Source of the DNA: the human T2T-CHM13v2.0 reference genome, Homo sapiens
Length of the DNA stretch: 64,000 nt
Direction: 5' to 3' (one strand)
Assembly (NCBI RefSeq): GCF_009914755.1
Contig: NC_060931.1
The position numbers were made by a program, and so were the translations under genes. Within the stretch, counting starts at the first letter, position 1. The number at the start of each line of letters is the position of its first letter. This document shows, piece after piece, positions 48,156-62,054 of this stretch. Under the pieces are notes generated by a model that saw only the letters and a program-made list of their open reading frames with translations, was not told the DNA's origin and ran no database searches.

Positions 48156-48306
48156 CTCAGTAGTAGTTTCGATTTTATGGGAGATACTGGTATCAAGTTA
48201 AAGATACTGATTGAGAACTGATGTTTTCTGTAGTAACAGAGCAGAGAGGAAGAAAACAGAAATGTGACTGAGGAAAAAGAAGGGCATTTCCAGCAGGAAA
48301 ATGGTA

Positions 48307-48534
48307 CAGGTTGAACATCCTAAATCTGAAAATCTAAAATCTGAAATGCTTTAAAATCCAAAACTTTTTGAATGCTGACATGATGTGCAAAGGAAATGCT
48401 TATTGGAACATTTTATGTTTTGGATTTGGGATGCCCAACCAGTAGGTATAATGCAAATACTCCAAAATCTGACAGATTTAGAAATCCAAAGCACTTCTGG
48501 TCTCAAGCATTTCGGATAAGGGATACTGAATCTG
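48307..48534. mobile_element. Tigger4a/MER46A MITE
   Basis: TA|caggttgaacatcc...ggatactgaatctg|TA: terminal inverted repeats and TA TSD. Confidence 0.8.
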
Positions 48535-49884
48535 TATAAGCAGAGGCTTAGAGGTAGGAATGTTCATGAGAATGAGTAAGTCAGTTTAACTAGAGCATAA
48601 GCTTCAGTTAGGGAAGTTGTGGGAGATGAGATTGGAGATAAGTTTCATTCTGTCTATGGACGACCTTCAGTGTTAGAGAGTTTATGGACTTTTTTCTGAA
48701 GGACAGTGGGAAGTCTTTGTATATGTATAGGTTGTTTGAAAAAGTATGTTTCAGGAAGATGAATTATTACCTTTTTCCTGCAGACTACTTGTTTATTTCT
48801 TATATTTTTTCATTTTTTTAAAGCCAAAAGACTGTGACTTTCCCTTCAAATCCAAACAATCAGTTCTAACCATTTTACTGATTACATATTTCTAAATCCT
48901 TAATATCACTAGTTCATGCCTTCCATATTTTTTACCAAGACTATTGCAATAGGTCAGCTGTTTTACCCACTTTCATTCTTGTCCTCTAACCTTTGTTTTT
49001 TAACTGCTCTATATAAGCTGTAAAATGGAAACCTGAACATGTCTTTCTGTTGTTTGAAACTCTTCATTGGTTCTTCATCATCTGTAGAATAATGCCAAGA
49101 CCAAATAACCTAGAGCCATACAGGGCTCCTGTATAAGATTTTATTTCCAGCTTCAGTTTTGGTCATTCCTGCTGCTGCCTTTTTGCTTTGGTAATGCTAA
49201 ACTATACTTCTTTCATTGTGCACTTTAAGGATTGTAAGTTTTCTCTCAGCAAAAAAGAAAAAAAAATCTTCTGTTTAATACCCTTTCCATCCTTTTTGCC
49301 AGCATAAAACTTTAAAACTCAATAGGAAGTTCAGGCATGTAGTAAAGATTTCAGGTAATACAGGAAGGCTCAAGGAAGAAAATAATCATGCTTAACACTT
49401 TTACCTACTGTTAACTATTGTTAACATATTGGTATATAGCTACATGTAATAAAATTACAAATAATTATACACATGCATAATGTGTGTATAATAAATATAT
49501 ACACACATACTACTGATGCATCATAGTGTGTGTATATATTCGTTGAACCAGTTTCTTACTATTGGAATTTACATTGTTGCTAAATGCTTATCATTAATAC
49601 TTAATAAAGATCTCTACCTATCTTTATTTTGTCTACTTATTTCATAAGGTAAGTTCTTGGAAGTAGAATCACCATGTTTATGGCATTGTTTGTTTTTAAG
49701 CACTTTATGTGTACTGCAAATTGCCCTCTAGAGTGATTTTGATAGACACCATATTGACAAGCAGGCAGGAAGAGAGTGCCTGGGTAGCAATTGTAAGGGA
49801 GGAGGAATGAAGATGGGAAAGTAGTATGCTTGAGAAAGTGTTAAGGAATTTGATTTGCCTGGGACAGCTATCAATTAAAAATTT

Positions 49885-50016
49885 ATTATTATTATTTTTT
49901 TAGAGACTGGGTTTTGCCATGTTGCCCGGGCTGGTCTCGAACTCCTGGGCTCAAGCGATCCACCCGCCTCAGCCTAAATAAGTGCTGGGATTGCAGGCGT
50001 GAACCACCATGCCCAG
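49885..50016 (-). mobile_element. FLAM_C-like monomer
   Basis: Single antisense left monomer. Confidence 0.8.
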
Positions 50017-51079
50017 CTACAGATACCAGTTTTAGAAGATGAATGGGAAAAGTTAGTTTGGATCATGTTGTAGATTGTTTTAATATTTGAGGGATAGTTT
50101 TTAAGTAAGGAGTAATAAAGTTTAGAAGTGAAGCTTAATCTTATAGTGCTGAGTAAGATAAATTGGAATTCGAAAGGAATGGAGGTAAAGAGAACGTTTA
50201 GACTATCCTAATTTTCTATGTGAGATAATGAAAGCCTAAAGTGGAGAAGGAAGTTGTGTGTAATAATCCATAAGTAGAATTCATAGGATATGTCAACAGT
50301 CAATTGAATTAGAACTGGCACTCATTCTATGGCATCTCAGTAAGGAGGAGCAAGGTCATATGTTAAAAGTTGGGGAGGGCTTGAGTATAGATAATTGGCC
50401 TTGCTACTGTGGAATAATGTCATAGGGAATCGGAGTGGCTTAACCAGAAGATTACTAAGCAGCAATTTTATGACTTTTTCCAGAGAGATTCAGCATCTGG
50501 AGTTGTGTCAAGAGTGCCAGAAGTGGCTGTCATTCAAATTGGGTGTTGGAAAAGGGTGGGAATGGGAAGGGAAGTTAAGAGGACAAAGGATACTATGGTG
50601 GTTTTGAGTACATTATTGAAATGATTGACTGATAGTGAAGTCCAGGTTGGGTAGGGAAATGAGTGAAGCCAAACAAGGGATATAGACTGGGTTGGAGGTT
50701 TTTGTTCCTTTTAGTTTTTTCACTCCCTCTGAAGTATTGATTGATTAGTTTTAATTATAATGAAAATAAACATTTAACATGTTGGGAATTTTATACATTC
50801 ACCTCTCATCTGAGCATTATACTCCCTGTTTTACAGATGAGGGAACTGAGGTTCAGAGAATAAAGTGACTTGTTCAAAGTTATCCATTATACGTTGGAGC
50901 TGAGATTTGAACCTTATGTAAATTGGCATTCAATAATTATTCTCTGGTTGTTTGGTTAAGTGAGAGATCTGATTATTCAAAATTAACAACAGAGTTGCTA
51001 ATAAGTTCAGCATGGATTTTCTTTAGTGACAGAATTGAAGTAAAATTACAGGGAAAGATTTAGAACTGCACCTGATGCA

Positions 51080-51378
51080 GGCTGGGCACAGTGGCTCACG
51101 CCTGTAATCCCAGCACTTTGGGAGGCTGAAGTGGGCGGATCACTTCAGGTCAGGAGTTTGAGACCAGTCTGGCCAAAATGGCGAAACCCTGTCTCTACTA
51201 AAAATATAAAAATTAGCCGGGTGTGGTGGTGCATGCTGGTAGTCCCAGCTACTCAGGAGGCTGAGACATGAGTATCGCTTGAACCCAGGAGGTGGAGGTT
51301 GCAGTGAGCAGAGATTGTACCACTGCACTCCAGCCTGGGCGACAGAGCGAGACTCCGTCTCAAATAAAAAAATAAAAA
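51080..51378 (+). mobile_element. AluS
   Basis: Full dimer; TSD agaactgcacctgatgc. Confidence 0.93.
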
Positions 51379-51571
51379 GAACTGCACCTGATGCCATATC
51401 TTTATTATTAAACCAACGTTAATTGCAGTAAAATACTATATGTTACATTATATTTGAGTTTTGTTCCGTTTTGTGTTTATGAATTTGATTTGGTCTTAGT
51501 TGTATAAGTACATAAGCATGAGGAATTGGTGTATGTTTAGATTTATGCTTAGTACAAATTAAATTACCTTA

Positions 51572-51970
51572 CAGTTAAAGACCCCCAGTGGATGCCTGAA
51601 ATTACAGGTAGTACTGAACTCTATTTACACTGTACTTTTCTGATACAGTCATACCTATGATAAAGTTTAATTTATAAATTAGGCACAGTAAGAGTTAACA
51701 ACAATAACTAAAAATAGAACAATTGTAACATGAAATTGTTATATTACCTGATACCCAGCCTGCATCATTAGCAACTCTGTTGCTAATTTTGAATAATCAG
51801 ATCTTTCACTTAACCAAACAGCCGGAGTAAAAGTTATGTGAATGTGGTTTCTCTCACTCTCAAAATATTAAAATATCTTATTGTACTATACTCACTTATT
51901 TTGGGGTCTTGGTTGACCTTAGGTAACTAAAACCACACAAAGTGAAACCTTAGATAAAGGATGACTACTG
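51572..51970. mobile_element. MER44-type (Tigger7) remnant with a ~97-bp foreign insert
   Basis: aagacccccagtggatgcctgaaa...gataaagtttaatttataaattaggcacagtaaga...gactactg|ta. Confidence 0.75.
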
Positions 51971-52622
51971 TAGTAATGTTAAAGGTCCATGAGTTTTTGT
52001 TTTTTAAACTTTAGAGTCTTAGAATTCTCACATCTCTGAGATACTGTTCTAATTGGAATTCTCACATCTCCGAGATACTTTTCTAGTTGAGGAAACTGGA
52101 AGTGCAAAGTGGTCATGTGACATGTTCAAAGTCACATTGCTAATGCATAACATGTCCTATACTAGACAAACAAAACCTCCCTGTAAGGTACTGTTTTCAC
52201 TGCATCCTGCTGTCAAGCACATCAAAAACTAAGTTGCCTGATTAGAAGGTGGATCCAAACAGTGATTTTATGCTTGAATATCCTGTTTCAAGCTTTTGTT
52301 TCTTTGTTCCTTGTTTTTCCTTTTCAAATTTTTTTCCTCCTTCTTCTCTTTTCCTGCCTTGGTCTCCCCTTCAGTCCTGTCTCATTCCACTCATTTTCTG
52401 TTTTTAAAAAAAGTCCTCTGGTTGTAAAAAAAAATTACAATTATAATATATATAATATATAAATATTTATAATTATACTTATTTATAATTATAAAATTAA
52501 AATGTCCTACAGTCCCACTACCCAAGTATATCCCTACCTAATTAATATCAATGGTTAGCACTGTTAATGTTTTAAGTATTTCCTTCCAGCCTTGTTTTAT
52601 TAATGGAAGGAGACTTTCAGTC

Positions 52623-52943
52623 TTTTTTGTTTTTTGTTTTCGTTTTTGTTTTTTGAGACAGTCTCGCTCTATCGCCGAGGCTGGAGTGCAGTGGTGCGAT
52701 CTTGGCTCGCTGCAACCTCTGCCTCCTGGGTTCACGCCATTCTCCTGCCTCAGCCTCATGAGTAGCTGGGACTACAGGCACCCGCCACCACGCCCGGCTA
52801 ATTTTTTTAAATTTTTTTTTATTTTTAGTAGAGACGGGGTTTCACCGTGTTAGCCAGGATGGTCTCCATCTCCTGACCTCGTGATCCCCCCACCTCAGTC
52901 TCCCAAAGTGCTGGGATTACAGGCGTAAACCACCCCACCTGGC
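52623..52943 (-). mobile_element. AluY/Sc-like
   Basis: Full antisense dimer. Confidence 0.9.
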
Positions 52944-55900
52944 TTGTCTTTTTTCTAATGCATATATTTTGAATGTTGCTGGCATATCTCATGCCTTTTT
53001 TAATGCCGTGATTTTTTCACTTAATCACTTACAATTAGTTCTGTACCATTTTATCTCATTGAGGAATTTATGCTGTTTATGATATTTCTCTTTTGAATCA
53101 ATGTTGCATACTCCCTGTGTATATCTAGGCATTTTTGCAGTCATTTTTTTCCTAAAGGAACTTTTCTAGTAACATGATTTTTAGAAGCTACATTGTATAC
53201 AGAAGAAGGAAAATGAATGCTTCTACCCATTGTACTCCTACCTTCCCCAGTGATGTCTGTTGTTGTATGTTTCTGGATTAGAAAAATTCATAGGCTCATT
53301 TGATACTTTTTTGTGGGCGTTTTTCCTCACTTAATTATATTTCTTGGGAATCCTCCTATATCCATATGTAATCAGCTCATTTATTTTCAGTGCCTTTCCT
53401 ACTCCAAGGCTTGTCTCCCTTTATTCATCTCCAAACATCAGTCCCCTCTTCTCTATTTCTTTCTTTCTTTCCAAGTGGTGTCTCATATGCTTTCCTCAAC
53501 CTAATGTTTCTGTCTTTTTCTCAATGTTTCTCCAGGATTTATTATCTTGATGTTTTTCTAGGTAACTTTGATGTTATTCTGGTCTTCTGTATGTTCTTTC
53601 TCAGAATTTCCTTTATGATCAAAACTTATCCAACATGTTTTTCTGAAATGTTAATCCTATTTAAAAGGAACACTTTGTGGCTTTCTCCCTTCTCTGTCAC
53701 CCTTGTTTAATTTCCATTTTCTCATTTATTTTGCTGTTGCAGTAGTAACAAGAATGATGCCCACTGCTGTTGTAATTCTTCAAACTAAAGTATGTGACAT
53801 ATTCATTGCTTTAGTTTCTCTCTTAACATACATACAGCCTCCAGTGGTATCTGTGACTACAATTAACTGGTTAACTAGATTCAGGTATATCTCCTAGAAG
53901 CAATGTATTTTGGCAGTTTTATATAACTGGTATTTTGTCCCATTGTCCAAAGTGTTGCCATGTTCTCCCTGCCATTTTTCAATGTTTGAAAATTGCTGTT
54001 ATTAACTTTAAGTGTAATAATTTTCTTTACACTTGGTAATGGTGGACTAAAAGACAAGATTTCTTGCATTTCAGTGTGTCCTGTAGCATTGAGCAGCAAG
54101 TTCTAGCCCGGTGACCAGGAAAATAAAACAGAGAATCAACCTTTGGTTTGGACACATTATGGTTTATTGACCCTTCTAATTAGATTTATTATTATTGCAG
54201 TGGACTCCTGCATAATTTCCTGATGTTCATCTTTTGTGTTCCTTCCAGTATTATCCACTCTAGCATACTTTCATGTGGGAGCTTAGATATAAGACAGTTA
54301 CATCCCAAAGGAGCCCATTCTCTGTATCTTTCCAGGTTGAGAGACTTCTACATTTATTTTTTATGTATGCCCAACATGCCCCTCTCTAAGTAACTTAAGA
54401 ACTATTGTTTAGTTTTAGTTTTCCTTACTCAAAAGCAATTTGAAGTGTAGTTCTATATTTCTGACTTTTTACTCAGGATTGTATCTTGCCCCCAACTTCT
54501 TGGTAGGCTCAGTTCTCAGGCTGCTAACAAGCACTTATGTGATAGGCACTGTGCTAAATACAGGGATGAACTCACTTAATACAGACACAACCTTTTGAGA
54601 CTGTTTTTGTTATCAGAGGAGAAAATAGAAATGAATAACTTTTCCAAAACCATACAGCTAGCAAATTATCTTTTCTGGTATTCTGACCTCACACCCTATG
54701 CTCTTAGTTATTACAAAATACTACACCTATAATAACTACCATTCATGGAGTGTTTGCCATGGATTAGGCACTTCAGATGCTGCTTTTAGGTTCATTACCT
54801 AATTTAATTCTTCCAACAACTGTGAAAGGAAAAAAATGGGCTCAAACAGGTGAGGTAAATGACTTGTTCACTGATTCCTCAGGTTTCATATCCGTAAAGA
54901 GATGAATAGTGTCAAATGTTTTTTACCTTGACACAGAACAAAGTAAATTGTAAGATTTGTCCCAGCATGCAGATACACCAGAAACTAAATTTCATGAAAC
55001 ACTTACCCTTAATATACTCCAGTACTTTCTCTTCTATATAATTACAAAATAAATGCCAGTCATGAACCACTAAATTGGTTTTATCACTTCTTACTGGGTT
55101 TGTAACCTGTAGTTTCAACCATTCCTTTGGAGGCTAAAGGTGACTAAGGTTCGTCCAGCTTCAGTATTCTGTTGTCTACAATCAGGCCAATCAGAATCAT
55201 AGAACATGGATAATCTAACCTTGTGGCTGATGCATAAATTTTTGTAATATTCCTAGCAAATGGATATCTAGTACCTGTTTTAAACATCTCCAATTTTCAA
55301 TATTTAACATGGTATTTAGTCCATCTGGAAAATACAGATTGAGGTATGTATATATTCATGTTGTAAGTAGAAAATGTGTTAGCATTAGGTGAGACATGGG
55401 TGGTCTGTTTGTGCATATATAAACATCTTGGTGCTAAAGGTCTTTTTACAAAATTTGCCAATTGGCTGCAGGCAAGACTTGCCAAAGATGAGAGATTAGT
55501 GAATTTAGTGGATTTAGGGGGAGGCAGATGTCTAAGTAAAACAAATAAAACACTTAAATTGGAGGTATAAATTAAGTTTTTTGAATTTTGATATATCTGA
55601 AAATTCTTCAGAGGTGAATTTGTAATGCATGTCTAATATTTTAAATATTAATTTTCTTTAGTCTATAACTCCCTCAGTTGTTGGATCTGCTAGACATTCA
55701 GTATGTGCCACCTTTGAAAATAATACTCTGTGGTCAATAAAAAATAAATAACAAGTATTTAAAAACTCACTGTGTTTAGTGAAATTAAATTTTAATCAAA
55801 ACACATTTTTATATTTGATCATATGGATAGTTAGATTATCCTTGAGAAATTGGATAGCAAATTGCATTTTAATATAGTAGAAACTCTACTATTCAATTTA

Positions 55901-56092
55901 TGTAGATTTTTATAGCATTAGGCTGTAGTTTAATTTAGAAATAATTTGACATGCTTGTTAAAATACTCATGATTTGTAAACATATTAAATGTATATTTTA
56001 ACTGTAAAATACAATAAATAAACAGTATGCTGTATGAGCCTAATATTAAACTATTTGCTTATAAATCCGCCTTTTTTGTTATTTCCCTTTAG

Positions 56093-56195
56093 GTTGGATG
56101 GAGTACTGCTCGTGATTATTACACGTTTTTATGGTCCCCTATGCCTGAACATTATGTGGAAGGATCAACAGTCAATTGTGTACTAGCATTCCAAG
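56093..56195 (+). CDS. TAX1BP1: TAX1BP1 exon 3 (103 nt), SKICH domain continuation
   Basis: Acceptor atttccctttag|, reads VGWSTARDYYTFLWSPMPEHYVEGSTVNCVLAFQ(G) in frame with exon 2, donor CAAG|gtaagg (phase 1). Missed by the ORF track. Confidence 0.96.
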
Positions 56196-56697
56196 GTAAG
56201 GACTGAAAACTGCAGAACTCAATGAAACTAGATGTCTTATTGCCATTAAAGATGTTGTACTCCATTGTAATGATTTGTTCAGGTATCTCCAGGGTACCAA
56301 AGTTGAATTAGTTAGTGTCTTTACTTAGCAAAAGCCCTAAGAATGTAACTGTCTGGTGTAGGCCACATGATATTTTATGTAGACATTTAAAAGTTATTGG
56401 TTGTTGTCTTAACTTTCACTGAAGAGTGGGTTTCTTTTTAGGTACTAATTTTTGGAGATTTTTTTTTTTCAAGTGAGAAAACAATACAATAGTAATAACA
56501 GATATTAGAATAATGTAACAAAAAAGAGGTGAGGAAAATAGTCCAGATGCAAACCACAAACATGATTAACAGAACTTATAGTTATTTGAATTCTGTCATG
56601 TGTAAGTTCCTTTATTATAAAATGATAAAGTAATATAAAATTCATTTTTGTGTTAGCTTGGCATTATTTACAAAATTTAAAAAATACTCTTATTCAG

Positions 56698-57061
56698 GTA
56701 ATTCTGACATATGCTACAATATGGGTGAACACTGAGGATGTTATGATAAGTTAAATAAGCCAATCACAAAAAGAAAAATACTGCATAATTCCGCTATATG
56801 AGGTACTTAGAGTAGGGATAGACACAGAAAGTAGAATGGTGGTCTGCAGGGCATTCAGGTTCCCTCAAGGGAGGAATGGGGAGTTATTGTTTAATGAGGG
56901 TAGAGAGTTTCAGTTTTAAAAGATGAGAACAATTTTGGAGATAATGGTGGTGGTGGTTGCACAACAATATGAATGTGCTTAACATTGAACTATACACTTT
57001 AAAATGCTTGAGATAGTAAATTTTATGTGTTTTTTAGCACAACTTAAAAACTTGAAAAAAA
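56698..57061 (+). mobile_element. L1MA/MB 3'-end fragment
   Basis: acatatgctacaatatgggtgaac...agtagaatggtgg...gcacaacaatatgaatgtgcttaa; flanked by cttattcag direct repeats. Confidence 0.8.
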
Positions 57062-57149
57062 AATAACACTTATTCAGAGATCTATCACAGAATTTGCTGC
57101 AGAGTAATTTTGTATTATAATTGTACTGACTTTAGGATTGTATTAAAGT

Positions 57150-57612
57150 GAATTCTTACCCTTGTATATGTCATAGATTTCTTTTGGTCTGGTGAAGTTT
57201 ATGGACTCTGTCTCAGAATAATATTTTAATGTATATAAAATAAGACATAAAATTGCAAAGAAAACCAATTATATTGAAATAATTAAAATATCACAGTAAC
57301 AAATTTTTGATATATTAATACATGTGCTTCAAAATCTGTGTGTTAACAAGATGTATTTTATTGGCAGATTTAATCACTGCCATGATTTCCAAGTAAGATA
57401 ACATTGAGATACCTGTAACAATTGTAATGTGGTATTAACATATAAGTAATTCCTGTTAGTGACAAAAATCACAAATACTGATAGTAATCAAAGTACATGC
57501 TAAAATTTTAGTTAGATGTTAGTAAAAATAAAAATATAATGTTTTTCTCCATTAAAGTTGATGGATGACCTGAATTTTCTGTATCCTTTAACCCCAAGTT
57601 GAACATTCCCTA
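57150..57612. mobile_element. MER119-like hAT-Charlie remnant
   Basis: gtctggtgaagtttatggac...tctcagaataat...aaaccaattatattgaaat. Confidence 0.6.
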
Positions 57613-57849
57613 AAACTGCCTCTTTGCTATTGAGAACTTTATTTGCCTTTATGTTTAAAAAAAAAAAATTCTAGGACTTTATTGCTTTCCCCTGGGTCTG
57701 GCTATTAATAATTAAGACTTTTTCCTCTGGGTTTCTCATATCTTTAAGCAATGGGCTCTGTTAAGAATGTTCTTATGTTAGCAGAAAGAAGTTTACATTG
57801 TATGAATCACTACTTTAAAAAAATGTGCTCAGGATTATGAGATGAATGA

Positions 57850-58216
<367 letters not shown>

Positions 58217-58455
58217 TAAATCTTTAAAATGAAACCCCAAATCATTTCTCCCTTATCTGATCTGGTTTACCATATTCAGAATGTTAAAAATTAAATTTGT
58301 TTTAACAAACTAAAAGAAAAACCTTTAAAAAACCAAACTATACTAAAATATTTATTTAATGAAAATACTTTGTTAGCATGCAAATACTTACTTCAGAAAG
58401 GAACCAAAAAACAGTTTGAATTTGGGATAAACATTTCTAGTATTATTTATTTTAG

Positions 58456-58755
<300 letters not shown>

Positions 58756-59234
58756 GAAAAATTTTTACAGTGATCCCTCCCTTGAGTTTCAGTCAGTTTT
58801 TGTTATAGTCGCTAAGAGAGAGCATCAGCCTGTTTTAAGGGCAGCATAACTTGGAGCCTATGCACATAGCTTTGGTATAGTGATTTCCAAACTTAACTTT
58901 AATTTGGAATCCTGCGTGCTTTAAGACACACAGAAATTTATGTCCCACCTCCAGATGTTGTGATTTAATTGGTCTGTGGTATGGCCTGGGTTTTAGAATT
59001 TTGAAAAGATCAACAGGTGATTCTGTTATGTAGAAGTTTGGGAACCAGTGGCATGGCAGACAGTTTTCAGCAAATAATTGTTAACATTATCTAATTGATA
59101 TGGTCTTATCTAAGTTAAAATGTCCTGTTTTTTTATCAGGCAATATCTGACTTGGATTTTGGTGACATGTGCAGAGCAGCCTTCTAAAATAACTAGGCTC
59201 AGATTAATCAGCTTCAGATAGTTTAATTTTAAAA

Positions 59235-60080
59235 AATTAACATACTTTTTTGGAGCAGTTTTAGGTTTACAGAAAAAATTGAATGAAAAGTAGAGTTCTC
59301 TTGCAATCCCTTACACCACCCTTCCCTGCTTTCCTTTATTTTAACATCTTGTGTGCTCCATTTGTTATAATTGATGGACCAATATTAATACACTATTATT
59401 GTCTGAGTTCATAGTTTACATCAGGGTTCACTGTGTGATGTAAATTCTGTTGATTTTGATGAATGTATGAAGACATATACCTACTGTTGCAGTATCATAA
59501 AGAACAATAACTTCACTCCCCTAAAAGTCTCCTGTGTCCCACCAACTCATCTCTCCTTCCCTCCTGGTAAAACCCTGGCAACCAGTGATGTTTTACTGTC
59601 CCCACAGTTTTGCCGTAAAATGTCATAGAGTTGGAATCATAACGATATGTAGTCTTTTCAGATTGGCTTCTTTTACTTAGCAACATGTGGTTAAAATTCC
59701 CTCATGTCTTTTAGTGGTTTGAATAGCTCATTTCTTTTATTACTGATTAATATTCTATTGAATGGATGTATCATAGTTTATGAATCTATTGAAGGAGATC
59801 TTGGTTGCTTCCACGTTTTGGCACTTACAAATAATGCTGCAATAAACACTCTTGTGCAAGTTTTTGTGTGGATGTAAGTTTTCATTTCATGTGAGTAAAT
59901 ACCAGGGAATGTAATTAATTAATTGTATAAGAGCATGTTCAGTTTTGTAGGAAACTGCGAAACTGTCTTCCAAAGTGGCTTGTACCATTTTATATTCCTA
60001 CCTGCAATGAATGATGAGAGTTCCTGTTGCTCCACATTTTCAGCAGCATTTGATGGTGTCATTGCTTTGGATTTTGGTGG
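59235..60080 (-). mobile_element. L1MB-type 3' region
   Basis: gcagttttaggtttacagaaaaa...ccctggcaaccagtgat...gaaactgtcttccaaagtggc. Confidence 0.8.
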
Positions 60081-60460
60081 TCTGTTTGTTTAAAAACTTT
60101 TTTTCACTTTATTCTGAATTTTGCATATGTTTGGTCTAAACATTAATTGGCAATGTGAGTTCATGGAACTTGCATATATAAAGAAATTTCCTTCTGTTCT
60201 GTGCCAGGAAACCAGTATGCAGAGGATAAAACTTGTGGTGAAATATGGGCAATGATTTAGGTATTCATAGATGTTTTTTGGATAAGGAAATGTTGTAAGT
60301 TATATATGTAGTTTATCTTTTAATAGCCTTTTTTAGATAATAAAATTTAGGTGTGTATTGGAACTGGTTTTGTTACATTTAAAACTTCTTTCCTGAAAGC
60401 TGTTGGTTTATTTTTAGTCATTTTTATTGTGATTGGTTTCCCCTTAAAAAATAAGTTAAC

Positions 60461-60600
60461 TGCCAGGTTAACTTATTTTTTAAGTGGTGACTCACACCTG
60501 TAATCTCAGCTGTTTGGGAGGTTGAGGCAGGTGGATGGCTTGTGACCAGGAGTTAGAGACCAGTGTGGGCAACATAGTGAGACTCCATCTGTTGAAAAAA
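60461..60600 (+). mobile_element. FLAM-like monomer with a fold-back insertion at its 5' end
   Basis: tgccagg[insert]gtggtgactcacacctgtaatctcagc...gggcaacatagtgagac. Confidence 0.75.
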
Positions 60601-60727
60601 ATTTATTCAATTTGTTATAGTGACTATTGCTTTTGTTTATTAGGGACTTAGGAGTAAGTTTAAAAGTGGTTAAAAAGTAGAGAAAAGCGTCCAGTTTATT
60701 TCTGTTAATACTTTAAAAACATTTTTG

Positions 60728-61018
60728 GGCCAGACATGGTGGCTCACACTTCTAATGTTAACATTTTGTGAGGCCAAGGAGGATGGATTGCATGAGCCCA
60801 GGAATTTGAGACCAGCCTGGGCAATTTGGCAAAACTTCATCTCTACAAAAAATACCCCCAAAATTAGCCAGGCATGGTGGTGTACACCTAAAGTCCCAGC
60901 TACTTGAGAGGCTGAGGTGGGGAGGATCACTTGAGCCCAGGAGGCTGGGGTTGCGGTGAGCCGAGATTGTACCACTTCACTCCAGACTTGGCGACAGAGT
61001 GAGAACCTGTCTCAAAAA
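60728..61018 (+). mobile_element. AluJ
   Basis: Diverged full dimer. Confidence 0.88.
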
Positions 61019-61545
61019 TTCATGGGCACTAAGCCTAAATGCAATATGTTTTACAAGTTTCTGAAAATTCAACAGTTCATTTTTATTTTGAATTTTGAAA
61101 TTCAGAAATAAAAGCATCTCCGTGCCTAGAACTTTTTTGTTATATAAGGAAGTCAGGGAAAGCTTAGTCATTGAATATTAGAGTTATAGAAGGGCTTTCA
61201 AGCATAATGCAAATCACTTTGCTCATTTTGTGGATGAGTAATGAGAATCCTGAAATGCAAAACCCAAAACATCTAACAATACCTAAACGTGATTGTTTTC
61301 CTAAATGAACCCTTATTTATTTATTATAATCTTGTTGAATACTAAAGGCACAGTCTGTAAAATTTGACTCGAAAATTTAGTTTTCACTTTTTCCCATTTT
61401 ATTTTCAGTATCCATCTGACAAGTTTTTCCAGGCAGCTTTAAATTGCAGCTCTGAATAATTATGTCTATCTCAAATGGTTTTGAACCATATTTTTTAGCA
61501 GTTTATTTTAGTGAAGTTTTTGTTTTTTAAAGAATCAGACCTTGA

Positions 61546-61903
<358 letters not shown>

Positions 61904-62054
61904 TTATGCTATATATTTGTTTTCTAGTTAAGCTTTTAAATAAGCCTAGTGGCTATTTGGAAGTTGGTATGAATTAGTAAGTTTTTAGTAGCTATTAGGA
62001 GGGTGGATTTTTAAAATCTTTAAAAATGTATGTTGCCAGATACATGTCTATGAT

